A DNA stretch of 64,000 bases from IMG/VR virus record IMGVR_UViG_3300050821_007680; one strand, given 5' to 3'. The position numbers and the translations under genes were made by a program. Shown here in pieces: positions 17,460 to 26,737 of this stretch. The notes beneath the pieces were generated by a model. That model was not told where the DNA came from, did not search any database, and was given only the letters and a program-made list of their open reading frames with translations. The number at the start of each line of letters is the position of its first letter. The stretch's first letter is position 1. Source of the stretch: an uncultured virus (IMG/VR IMGVR_UViG_3300050821_007680). Taxonomy: Duplodnaviria > Heunggongvirae > Uroviricota > Caudoviricetes.

Positions 17460-17745
17460 CAAACTTATATCGATAAAATATTTGTCAGAAGGTTTGTCAG
17501 AAACTTTGTCAGAAGATTTTATGCATCAGAATGATTGAAACGCAATAAATTAACCTATCTGACAAAATTGACAAAAATAAAGCACTATTATTTATATAAT
17601 ATACTTTTTTTGCGCGAATGATATAGAATATTTGTCAGAAATGTCAGAAACGCTATAACTAACTGGATATTAACAACTTACTTCTGACAAACTTCTCTGA
17701 CAAATTTGGAGTTACCTATAAAGTTTGTCAGAAAAAATGTCAGAA
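17454..17745. repeat. Iteron array, probable replication origin
   Basis: 11 copies of the TGTCAGA core (mostly TTTGTCAGAA) in both orientations around an AT-rich tract, directly after the helicase gene. Confidence 0.85.
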
Positions 17746-17784
17746 AGAATGTTTAAACATATATTAATTTAAGACATAAAAATT

Positions 17785-18213
17785 ATGCAACTCACTGATA
17801 ATCAGCAAAAACAATACAATTACCTACTTAATCTACTACGCCGCATCCCTAAATCTGAAATTCAACTTCAATCCAAATGCGCCGAACTGCTCTATTTCTT
17901 TTATCCGAACGATTGGAAACGCCTGGTCACAGTTCATAACAACTCTTTACGCGCGAATACGCAGGGTTTCGGGATAGTTCCGGGCGCATCTGATATGTAT
18001 TGGTTGGCAGCGGAGGGGAAGACGATTTATATTGAGTTTAAAGAACCAGGAGGTAATGGGGGGCAATCAGAAAAGCAAATCAAATGGGAGGCACTTTGTA
18101 AGCGATTGGGGCATACATACCATATTTGCTGGAATGAAGTTTCCTTTTGGAAAATAATTGGGTTTAAACAGCCGGATGAGGCGGATATATTGAATTTAAA
18201 GTTGTTTGCGTGA
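17785..18213 (+). CDS. VRR-NUC domain nuclease (Holliday junction resolvase-like)
   Basis: EIQLQ, GIVPGASD, IEFK..G.QSEKQ..W. Confidence 0.88.
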   Translation: MQLTDNQQKQYNYLLNLLRRIPKSEIQLQSKCAELLYFFYPNDWKRLVTVHNNSLRANTQGFGIVPGASDMYWLAAEGKTIYIEFKEPGGNGGQSEKQIKWEALCKRLGHTYHICWNEVSFWKIIGFKQPDEADILNLKLFA

Positions 18214-18454
18214 TTGGTAGAGTTGGACACTTCTATTTTTAAGAAGTAAAATGTTTAAACAAGTATTTTAACTAATGCGTGTTGAATATATTTTATGCTA
18301 TTTTGGACGGCAATAATCCCCTTTTTATTCCCATATGCAACATGTTTCAAAAAACATCTACTCACTGGGGAATATTAGTATATTAGCGATTTTTAAGCCA
18401 TTACAGACCAGTTTTTTCAAGCGACAAAGTAGTAGGTCTCAAAATTCAACGCAT

Positions 18455-18480
18455 AAAAAAACCCGGTTGTTGGCCGGGTT
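18455..18480 (-). terminator. Intrinsic terminator for the leftward genes
   Basis: AACCCGG...CCGGGTT with an A-run on the + strand. Confidence 0.7.
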
Positions 18481-18626
18481 AAGGGGTGTTAGGGGGTGGA
18501 TGTGGTTACGACCTATGAACTCCTTTTGCCAAATATCCGTAAGCGGGGCAAAGTTTATTTGAGCAGGAAGTAATGACGGCAACCGCCAGTAGTAGAGCGA
18601 GGATAATGATTAGATTTTTCATGATT

Positions 18627-18809
18627 TTAATATTGGTTTTTAAACTGTGTGTCTGAAATATGAGTAATCGGCCGTTTTGACTGCTCGGTTAATATAAACT
18701 CTGCGTAAGGCTTGAAGGATTTAAAACCCATTTCTAAGCCTTGTTTGATAAGTGCCAGGACAACTTCATCCGGAAGCTGTATTAGACGGTTGTTTGGGCG
18801 TTTGGCCAT
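18627..18809 (-). CDS. Small putative DNA-binding protein (ribbon-helix-helix-like)
   Basis: RLIQLPDEVVLAL...FKPYAEFIL. Confidence 0.55.
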   Translation of the reverse strand: MAKRPNNRLIQLPDEVVLALIKQGLEMGFKSFKPYAEFILTEQSKRPITHISDTQFKNQY

Positions 18810-18813
18810 TGGT

Positions 18814-19398
18814 TTATAAATAAAAGTCCGATGTTTTTGGCTCATCCCATCCGTAGTATTTTTTACCTGCCATTGTGGTAGCTTTAAAGTATTGATGATC
18901 TTCCAACCTTGTAAAGTTACGGGGCGTATTTAATTCACAACCTTCATAAACCCGCAATACCTTAAAGTTTACTTTTCTACCATAATTTCCGCTGTAATCG
19001 TGATCCCACTCGTAATAAAAACCCTTAACAATTGTTTCTTTTTTTACAGCGAGTTCTGTCTGTATTTGTTCGGTGGTCGCACATTCATTAACGAACATAA
19101 TGTCCATCCACTCTTTAGTTAGATAATCTACATCATCTTGGCAAAAAAAGAATGTTCTGCCCATTATGCTTCCTGATTTACCCTTGTAAAATCCGGAGTG
19201 GTGCCATTCAGGCTCACGACCGCGCAATAGTTTAAATGCGCTTATTACTTCTTTGGCAGATGCTTTTAAGTTGCCTTTAAGTTTTAATGTTTTAGAAATT
19301 AATTTAGCCACTTCGCCAGCTGTGTACTTTGTTTGTGATGCGATGAAGTGCCTTTCAGAAACTACTTTAGTTGAGAGGCCGATTTGATTTGCTAACAT
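18814..19398 (-). CDS. hypothetical protein
   Basis: 194-aa ORF with an EWHH motif; TACATTTG promoter at 19441-19448 (-). Confidence 0.8.
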   Translation of the reverse strand: MLANQIGLSTKVVSERHFIASQTKYTAGEVAKLISKTLKLKGNLKASAKEVISAFKLLRGREPEWHHSGFYKGKSGSIMGRTFFFCQDDVDYLTKEWMDIMFVNECATTEQIQTELAVKKETIVKGFYYEWDHDYSGNYGRKVNFKVLRVYEGCELNTPRNFTRLEDHQYFKATTMAGKKYYGWDEPKTSDFYL

Positions 19399-19616
19399 GT
19401 CTTTAATTTTAAATATTTAATAATCTATTGTTTAACAGCACAAATGTATATAAAGTATATACACAATTTATCATTATAACTATTTATCATAGATTAAGCA
19501 TAGTAATTTGGGTTAGGTTATAACTATATGTTATACATTAGCGCCGGGCGTAAATAGGGTAGGGGAGGAGTTGTTACAACCAAGTTGCATCTGATTTTCA
19601 AGCACTTAAATCTCTT

Positions 19617-19644
19617 AGTTAACATAAGGTTTCTTATGGGACTG
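19617..19644 (-). other. dif-like XerC/XerD recombination site
   Basis: CAGTCCCATAA-GAAACC-TTATGTTAACT (11-6-11) compared with E. coli dif GGTGCGCATAA-TGTATA-TTATGTTAAAT. Confidence 0.75.
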
Positions 19645-19967
19645 TATAGTAGGTTAAAACAGGTCGTCAGGGTGTTGTATTGATTTTAGTTTTATACGGG
19701 TGAAATTGCGTAGACCATTTGCCTATCATCTCATTTATAACACTGGCTTAATCGCGCTACCTGTTCACTTTTAGTTCATTTTCCGCGTGTTACCTTTCGC
19801 CTGGTTTATTCCAAAAAGATTTTAGAGGGTACCCCGGTCGAATAGGTATTAACCCATTGCAGGGGGTGCCGGTTCCTGCGCGATAGGGGGTAATCCCATA
19901 AACTTACACCCATAAAAAATCCCGCTACTTGTGATAGCAGGTTGGGTAATATACGGTAAAGCCAATA

Positions 19968-20312
19968 TTACAACGCTCCGATTACGGTTGCGTAGCTCTC
20001 AATCAAATAAATAGTTGATTGCTGAACCTGTGCGCCCGTCCAATATTGAACATCCACGGCACAACCAGCGGCGGTGTAACGACCTGGAGTGTACGGGTAT
20101 GGCCCACCGATAATGTTTTGCGTCAATAGTGTATACACGGGTGATGGTGACTGCGGATATGGGTCTGCTTTTGTAATTGCCCCGCAAGGAGGGAATGGTG
20201 ACTGGCTGCCCGGACGTAATCCGTCTACGGTTGCTGCCAGGTGTACTTGCTGTGCGCCTGCTAATGCCATTTTAAGTGAGCCGGGGGTTTGATCGGCTAA
20301 GTAAAGGTACAT
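19968..20312 (-). CDS. hypothetical protein, Pro/Gly/Thr-rich
   Basis: ORF from MYLYLADQTPG fills an otherwise empty region; composition resembles the virion proteins. Confidence 0.5.
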   Translation of the reverse strand: MYLYLADQTPGSLKMALAGAQQVHLAATVDGLRPGSQSPFPPCGAITKADPYPQSPSPVYTLLTQNIIGGPYPYTPGRYTAAGCAVDVQYWTGAQVQQSTIYLIESYATVIGAL

Positions 20313-20395
20313 GACAGGGGAAGAAAAGTTCAGATATATTTTTCTATACGGATTATTATAGTTATGTTTGGATGCCGGTGCGTAATCGGCTATAT

Positions 20396-20593
20396 ATGAA
20401 AGAAAAGTTATCATTGGGTGACCAGTTAAAAAGGGCGCGTGAGGCGGCGGGAATGACACAAATAGAGTTGTTTGAGAAGTCACGGGTGTCGCTGTTCACT
20501 ATTTCGCAGTTAGAGAATAACCACACAAAGAATGTAAGCACACACACCTTGCGCGGGTTGCAGTATGCTTTGGGTATAGTATTTGAGATATGA
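20396..20593 (+). CDS. XRE-family HTH regulator
   Basis: LKRAREAAGMTQIEL..SRVS..TISQLEN; TATGTTTG promoter at 20363-70. Confidence 0.88.
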   Translation: MKEKLSLGDQLKRAREAAGMTQIELFEKSRVSLFTISQLENNHTKNVSTHTLRGLQYALGIVFEI

Positions 20594-20778
20594 CCACAAA
20601 AGAAATAGCTGAACTACGACAATTGTGCAAGGACGAGGTTGACCACGACTTTGTGACGGCGTTAAAGAAAATATCAGCGACTGGCGGGCGGGAAATCGAC
20701 CCGTATATGTATATGGCGGTAGCGCCGGAGTTTGAATTAGCGTGGCGTGAGTACATAAAGGAAGGGGTGGCACAATGA
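20590..20778 (+). CDS. hypothetical protein
   Basis: Coupled overlap. Confidence 0.6.
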   Translation: MTTKEIAELRQLCKDEVDHDFVTALKKISATGGREIDPYMYMAVAPEFELAWREYIKEGVAQ

Positions 20779-20902
20779 AAAACCGCCGCCAATTTTGGCT
20801 ATCCATACGACCGGTAGGGAAGTGTACATTGAACCGCAAATATAATTCGACACTTATATTTGGCTGGTCTGTTTGTTTGAGGGTGTTTGGGAGGGATGTG
20901 TT

Positions 20903-21640
20903 ATGAGCCTTATCATCCAGTGTATCTACGCCACAAAGGACAATAAAAAGCTTCCTATCGTAAAACAGTGTATTAAGTCGCTCATGGCGACGGTGGATTT
21001 GAATAAACACCGCTGGGTAATTGTGAATAACTCGTGTGACATGGAGACGCAGGGGTATTTAGATGCGCTTTCACATCACATGAATATCACTATTCACCAC
21101 TTGCCGGAAAACGTCGGTACGGCGCGGGGGATAAATATCGGGTTGCGGACAAGGCAGCCGGGCGAAATGTGCATCAAATGCGACGATGACCTGACATGGT
21201 CGGTATCCGGGTGGGTTGAACAACTCGAAAAGTATTGCAAGGGTAATATTGGTATTTTAGGATTGAAGCGTGACGATATTTGGCAACGGACCGACCATGA
21301 GAATTTGAATTACCGGACTAAAATGGAAGGGAAGTTGGAGATATGTCCCGATATTATGGGAACGTGCACGGCTTATAACCCGGCGATGCTGGATAAAGTA
21401 GGACTGCTTACGCAGCCGGGTTTGTACGGATTTGACGATACAATATTCTCTGTTCGTTCAATAGCGGCGGGTTTTCGGAATGCCTTTTTGCCGCACATAA
21501 AAATTACTAATCTTGATAAGGGTGGCACAGAATACACCGAGTGGAAGAAGTGGGAGGCCGGGCGACGATTGGTTGAGGCAGGGGAATATATGGAAATGAT
21601 TAAAAACGGGATAATAAGTTATTTTTATGATGGAGATTAG
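20903..21640 (+). CDS. Glycosyltransferase family 2-like (GT-A)
   Basis: VNNS.D, ENVGTARGINIG, KCDDD, YGFDD..FS.R..AAG. Confidence 0.88.
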   Translation: MSLIIQCIYATKDNKKLPIVKQCIKSLMATVDLNKHRWVIVNNSCDMETQGYLDALSHHMNITIHHLPENVGTARGINIGLRTRQPGEMCIKCDDDLTWSVSGWVEQLEKYCKGNIGILGLKRDDIWQRTDHENLNYRTKMEGKLEICPDIMGTCTAYNPAMLDKVGLLTQPGLYGFDDTIFSVRSIAAGFRNAFLPHIKITNLDKGGTEYTEWKKWEAGRRLVEAGEYMEMIKNGIISYFYDGD

Positions 21641-22289
21641 TAAAACGACAACTATATTAGCTTATACAGCAGAACCCAAAAGGTATCTTATCGAAGGAGA
21701 TTCGGGCGAATACGAATTTTTAACCGAAGCGGTCGAACTGAGTAAAGATGTGCCCGGTATGTGCATAGAAATTGGCTTGCGTCGTGGATTGGGAACTAAA
21801 ACCATTATTGATGCAGTGCGCCAATATTGCCCTGCTAAAATAATTGTTGCAGTCGACCCATACGGATCAATATTGTATAAACCCCGTGACCACATGCCTG
21901 AATGCCGATTAGATTATACCAACCAGATGAAAGCTGAAACACTGTCGGCGATATGGGCGTATGTGGCAGAAAACCCGGTCAGGTTTGATTATTATCCCAT
22001 GACTGACGCGGAGTATTTTGAAAGGTTTTGGGATTGCGTGCCACTATACGATGTTTTTACAAGTGAAGGTAATAAATATTCAGTAGTTCACCTTGACGGC
22101 CCGCATGGTTTAACCGAAGTAAACCATGAAATTGATTGGTTTGCAGAAAGAATGTTGCCGGGCTCTATCCTGGTAATTGATGATATTACGCCGGATTTTA
22201 TACCAATCGAAAAGGTAGAAGAACACATGGGCGATAGGTTTGAGTTAGTTAAGAAGGGGATTAAAAAGGGAATATGGAGAAGAAAGTAG
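21627..22289 (+). CDS. Class I SAM-dependent methyltransferase (Methyltransf_24/TylF-like)
   Basis: IEIGLRRG.GT, VDPY, VHLDGPH, PGSILVIDD. Confidence 0.85.
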   Translation: MMEISKTTTILAYTAEPKRYLIEGDSGEYEFLTEAVELSKDVPGMCIEIGLRRGLGTKTIIDAVRQYCPAKIIVAVDPYGSILYKPRDHMPECRLDYTNQMKAETLSAIWAYVAENPVRFDYYPMTDAEYFERFWDCVPLYDVFTSEGNKYSVVHLDGPHGLTEVNHEIDWFAERMLPGSILVIDDITPDFIPIEKVEEHMGDRFELVKKGIKKGIWRRK

Positions 22290-22392
22290 AAAATAAGTCC
22301 GCATGGCATAAGTTTAATAGGTATCTTAATGACCATATTGGCGTTATAATGGTTTGGTATTTTTTGGTTCAGTTAATACACTTCATTTTAAA

Positions 22393-23043
22393 ATGCTTAA
22401 AGTAATCACCGTAATTTCAAATACCGAAGAACCCGGATTTAAACTATTAGGCGAATCGTTAGTAAAACATGGTTGGGATACTACCGCATTAGCTGTTCAA
22501 TGGCGTGGATTTGGAACAAAACTTATTGCAATTTACCGATACTTACAAGACAATTTAGAAATAGACCGTTTCATTTTTTGCGACGGACACGATGTTGTGG
22601 CGCTCGGCCCTCCAGTTGAATTTGAAAGAAATTTGGAACACCCTGATAAAATGTTAGTATCAGCAGAGCGCGGATGCTGGCCACCGACAATGCAACAATA
22701 TGCAAGTTATTACGAACCATTAGAAGCACACGGATGGAACTATGTCAACAGTGGGCTGTATTATACCCCTACAAGTATTTTTATGGCTATGATGGAGCGT
22801 AACATGCCAAAATATGAATCTGACGATCAGGAATGGCTGGCAATGAACTTTTTATTTAATGACGAGGCTGAAATACGAATGGACAGGAACTGTAACGTTT
22901 TTCAATCATATAGTTTCGTTCAGGATGATGATTATATTTACCGGGAAGGAGTTTTGGTAAATGCAAAAACCTGTACAACACCATGCTTTGTGCATGGGAA
23001 TGGTCGCACAAACATGGAAAAAGTTTATAATTTAATAAAATGA
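22393..23043 (+). CDS. Glycosyltransferase of the PLOD/lysyl-hydroxylase GT-domain type
   Basis: FCDGHDV, SAERGCWP, YVNSGLY, DDQ, D.NC.VFQ, HGNG. Confidence 0.82.
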   Translation: MLKVITVISNTEEPGFKLLGESLVKHGWDTTALAVQWRGFGTKLIAIYRYLQDNLEIDRFIFCDGHDVVALGPPVEFERNLEHPDKMLVSAERGCWPPTMQQYASYYEPLEAHGWNYVNSGLYYTPTSIFMAMMERNMPKYESDDQEWLAMNFLFNDEAEIRMDRNCNVFQSYSFVQDDDYIYREGVLVNAKTCTTPCFVHGNGRTNMEKVYNLIK

Positions 23044-23744
23044 CCTTAGAAACTTTAAAATCAGAGTGGCATGATACCGAGGAATATCATAAGCACATAA
23101 ATGAGCTATTCGCTCAGTTGGTTGACGCCGACCCGGAATTAAAAGCACATCGGGATTTTGTGCAAAACAATGTATTCGGCTTTGGGGAGCGATCATTTTG
23201 GTGGTTGTGGAAGCTTATTTTTGAGGGACTGCCCGACAACGCCAGGATGCTTGAAATAGGGCTATTTAAGGGTGCGACGGTATCTCTATGGAGATTGTTA
23301 AGCCCGACCGCAGATATCGCCGCCATAAGCCCCATGGATGGCGCCGGGCTTGAATGGAAAGACGATGACTATCGGCAGCATGTAAAAACCATACACGAGC
23401 GCTTTAATCAATCTTATCCCAAAATTTTCGAGGGATTGTCTACCGACAGAGGTATAAAGGCGATGTTTGGTATGGAATATCGCTACGGTTTGGATTTGCT
23501 ATACATTGACGGCTCACATGAGTATGCTGATGTAAAGTTAGATTTTGGATGGTATGCACCGTATGTAAAATCGGGTGGCTTTTTGGTTGTTGACGACTGC
23601 TGCTGTGACTTACATGAACCATTTGGTTACTTTCAAGGGATATCTGATGTTCAAAAAGCATTCGACGAATATATGTTAGAGCATAGTGACAAGTGGGAAT
23701 TTGTATTTAATGTAGTTCACCTCCGGGTAATGAGAAAACTATGA
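23040..23744 (+). CDS. Class I SAM-dependent methyltransferase (Methyltransf_24)
   Basis: LEIGLFKG, LYIDGSHEY..V..D, GGFLVVDD. Confidence 0.87.
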   Translation: MTLETLKSEWHDTEEYHKHINELFAQLVDADPELKAHRDFVQNNVFGFGERSFWWLWKLIFEGLPDNARMLEIGLFKGATVSLWRLLSPTADIAAISPMDGAGLEWKDDDYRQHVKTIHERFNQSYPKIFEGLSTDRGIKAMFGMEYRYGLDLLYIDGSHEYADVKLDFGWYAPYVKSGGFLVVDDCCCDLHEPFGYFQGISDVQKAFDEYMLEHSDKWEFVFNVVHLRVMRKL

Positions 23745-24712
23745 GCATAAAACGCATAATATATTTCGATCATTGGCAAAGCGCAACAGAATACTACCGA
23801 TTAATGCCACTGGACTATATCACAAACGAGTCGTTTACCATTACAAGGTCAACGGAACGGGAGATACAGAGCCACCTGCTAAACCGATACGACGTAGTTA
23901 TTATTTCCAGGCCCTCATCGGAAGCCCATTTGAACCTTATAAGGCTGGCTAAAGACTTGCATATGAAGGTAATTGGCGATTATGATGATGATACCCTGCA
24001 TGTGCCCGAAACCAACCCAATGTATGGCACTTATGAGAACGATAAGCGACACACATTGAAATGTTTAGCGTTATTGGATGAGATTTGGGTAGCTACAGAG
24101 GGTATAAAGCAGTCATTCCGATTATTCAATAAGAATATTCATGTGATACCAAATTCGCATAATGACACGGTGTTCCCGGTGGAGCGCAAGATGCCATTCG
24201 GGGCAAAGAAGCGCATCATGTGGCGTGGCGGCGGAAGTCATATTGGAGATATTTATCAGCCCGGCACGGCAGAATGGATCGTGAAAACAATAAATAGCAA
24301 TAAGAAGTGGGATTTTTACTGGCTTGGTCAGAAGTTTGAATGGATAGAGTACAGGGTTAAGCAGGGCAACTTCTTCCATAACCCAGGTGGCAGCACGGTA
24401 CAGTTTTACAAAATGATACACGAAATGAACCCGCAGGTATTTTGGTATCCATTGACGGATAATTTGTTCAACCGCAGCAAGAGTGCGTGTTCGTGGCTGG
24501 AGGCAACCTACTCGGGTGCGGCGTATTTCGGAAAGGTGGCGTTCCCGGAATTTCAAAAGCCGGGCATAAAACAATTGGCCGAACTGCCGTATATGCTTAA
24601 ACACCCCTACGAATTGGAAAAAATGAACACTGAAAGTTGGGAATTTATTTCCGATGAATTACTTTTGAGTAAGATAAATTTATTAAGAGAACAAAGATTA
24701 TTGGCTATATGA
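23741..24712 (+). CDS. Glycosyltransferase, GT-B/GT4-like
   Basis: YYRL.P, DYDDD, VIPN, WRGGGSH..D, FNRSKS..WLEA. Confidence 0.8.
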   Translation: MSIKRIIYFDHWQSATEYYRLMPLDYITNESFTITRSTEREIQSHLLNRYDVVIISRPSSEAHLNLIRLAKDLHMKVIGDYDDDTLHVPETNPMYGTYENDKRHTLKCLALLDEIWVATEGIKQSFRLFNKNIHVIPNSHNDTVFPVERKMPFGAKKRIMWRGGGSHIGDIYQPGTAEWIVKTINSNKKWDFYWLGQKFEWIEYRVKQGNFFHNPGGSTVQFYKMIHEMNPQVFWYPLTDNLFNRSKSACSWLEATYSGAAYFGKVAFPEFQKPGIKQLAELPYMLKHPYELEKMNTESWEFISDELLLSKINLLREQRLLAI

Positions 24713-25647
24713 CACCATCCACCGGAAATATCCTTGTAAAATTCGACCATGACAGGTCATCAACCCTTGTAAAACAAGACAACGGGCTATTTGTTCCCGA
24801 GCGTTACGTAATAGAGGAGGGCGACGAAGACGCAGATACCGCATGGGGTGTAACCACAGACCGTAAGATGATAAACCCACAGGTGATTGATATTCTTTCG
24901 GGAGAACATAAGAGCAAACGGGCATTTGTACATTATGGTGCTTTTGAGGTGTGTAAATGGGTTGATGAAGAATCGGCGGTAATACCCGAAAAAATGATAC
25001 TATTCTTTGTTGACCCGATACAATGCGTTTCGGGGACATATTTAGGGGAAGAAGTATTTGGGGAACTGCCAAAAACGGCCAGCGGTATATATCTTACCCC
25101 GCAACTGGAAACAAAAGAGGGGGTGAAGGTGTGCATCACGCACGTGCCAGATAACGCACACCCAGTGGTACAGGTCGGTACGGTGGTTATAACGGTTGAC
25201 GCGTTTCAATATGACCTGATATACGAAGGGAAGAAATATATTAAAGTAGACCAGCGCGAAATTGTGGGAGTTGAAACAAGCGATGGATATGTACCCGTTG
25301 GCAAAACTATTCTGGTCGAATACCTGCCGGATGCCGCATTGGCAGAACGGGTCGCCGAAAATGATAAACGCCGGGCACAGCGCGATTATATTGATAAGCA
25401 CTTTATTCATATATCGGAAGCCTACACCAAGGGGCTTGACCCGGCGTACCTTGATGTACCGGAGCCAAAAACAACGTATGCCAGGGTGCTGTCGGTTGGT
25501 GAGGATGTGCAGCAGGTGGAAACAGGAGATAAGGTGCTTGTTCAGCGTAATTACGGGTGTTTATTGCCAAATAAGCAATGGATCATCAATGCAGATATAG
25601 CGTTGGCTGTAATTAAAGAGAATATTCTGATACCCGTTGGGGAGTAA
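24709..25647 (+). CDS. Co-chaperonin-like protein with three tandem GroES-like domains
   Basis: P..GNILVK..GLFVP; KTASGIYL..VQVG.VV..EGKKY..EIVGV; PVGKTILVE..VLSVGEDV.QVETGDKVL. Confidence 0.7.
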   Translation: MTPSTGNILVKFDHDRSSTLVKQDNGLFVPERYVIEEGDEDADTAWGVTTDRKMINPQVIDILSGEHKSKRAFVHYGAFEVCKWVDEESAVIPEKMILFFVDPIQCVSGTYLGEEVFGELPKTASGIYLTPQLETKEGVKVCITHVPDNAHPVVQVGTVVITVDAFQYDLIYEGKKYIKVDQREIVGVETSDGYVPVGKTILVEYLPDAALAERVAENDKRRAQRDYIDKHFIHISEAYTKGLDPAYLDVPEPKTTYARVLSVGEDVQQVETGDKVLVQRNYGCLLPNKQWIINADIALAVIKENILIPVGE

Positions 25648-25649
25648 CT

Positions 25650-26339
25650 ATGCGCCGCAAATTTGAAACATACCCAGAATTAATGGCAGAGTACAGGAGG
25701 CTCAAATGTGAACTCGGCGCGATAAAAAATAAAAACGAAAGGTTAAAAAAGAAATACGAAATAATAGAACAAAAGGCGGAGTCATTTGACAACATTCATA
25801 ACGAGTATGTTTTTATAGACAAAAAACCGGATTATTTTTTTTCTTTTTCCGGGCACGCGCTGTTCAGGCAGTTTTATCTTCGCAATGGACTGACTGCCGC
25901 CCAAGCTGAATTATTAATAATTATCAGCTATAAGGGGGTGTTTTTGAGAGGTGATTTTAGGTTTTATAATAGGGATTACTTTAAGCTATCTGTTATAAAA
26001 TTAATAGAAACCCTAATTGAGCAGCGTTACGTTATGAATATCATGGTTCCGGGCAAAGCGCACAAAAAAAGGAATGGGTATGTGCTGACGCAAAAAGGAA
26101 AAGACCTTGAGGCTGATTACGAACAGTACTATGATAAAAAAATGGATGAGTTAAGAAGTGGGCGCATCACACCCGCTAATTTTCAGGATGGGGCGTATTT
26201 CAGGAAGGTTTTTGTTAGCAGGTACGAAAGGCGCATAGAGCAGGGCGGCGGTATGCTTATAAGGGGCGGTATCATGACAGGATGGAAGGAGTCGCCACCG
26301 ATTTGGAAGCATGCGGATGAAATGGATAAAGGAGAATAA
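25650..26339 (+). CDS. Winged-helix (MarR-like) domain protein
   Basis: GLTAAQAELL...LIEQRYV...YVLTQKGK. Confidence 0.55.
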   Translation: MRRKFETYPELMAEYRRLKCELGAIKNKNERLKKKYEIIEQKAESFDNIHNEYVFIDKKPDYFFSFSGHALFRQFYLRNGLTAAQAELLIIISYKGVFLRGDFRFYNRDYFKLSVIKLIETLIEQRYVMNIMVPGKAHKKRNGYVLTQKGKDLEADYEQYYDKKMDELRSGRITPANFQDGAYFRKVFVSRYERRIEQGGGMLIRGGIMTGWKESPPIWKHADEMDKGE

Positions 26340-26342
26340 ATC

Positions 26343-26675
26343 ATGGAAAGACCAAATATTGACGGCATAGACCCGGACATCCAATGCTATATTTACTACC
26401 TTGAATGTATTGTAAATGCACACCCAAAACTACAGCGGGAAATATCTAAAACATTAGATGTTATTGCCGACGATTTGGCATTGCTGAACAGGGGAGAAAA
26501 GGACGGTTTTAAGATACTTACCGGGTTTAAGGACGATAAGTTGTTTGACCGTATTATGGTTGTGCTGAAAATGAAGAATGACTTAAAGGGCGCTGCATTA
26601 TCACAAATCGAAACCGACACGCCAGTCAAAAGGAAAATAACCAAGATGCAGGACATTACGCTTAATGGCAAATAG
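26343..26675 (+). CDS. hypothetical protein, possible terminase small subunit
   Basis: Helical small ORF directly before the large terminase. Confidence 0.45.
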   Translation: MERPNIDGIDPDIQCYIYYLECIVNAHPKLQREISKTLDVIADDLALLNRGEKDGFKILTGFKDDKLFDRIMVVLKMKNDLKGAALSQIETDTPVKRKITKMQDITLNGK

Positions 26676-26737
26676 GAACCCGTAAACGCCTAAATCCCGT
26701 GCCTGATATATTATAAAAATAATATTACATTTGTTAT

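Noticed and set aside
17454..17745. Possible CRISPR array
   Set aside because: Repeats are only 7-10 bp, occur in both orientations with irregular spacing, and no cas operon is present; they fit iterons
19538..19549. 12-bp identity TTAGCGCCGGGC with 15942-15953
   Set aside because: A single 12-bp match is expected by chance in 64 kb
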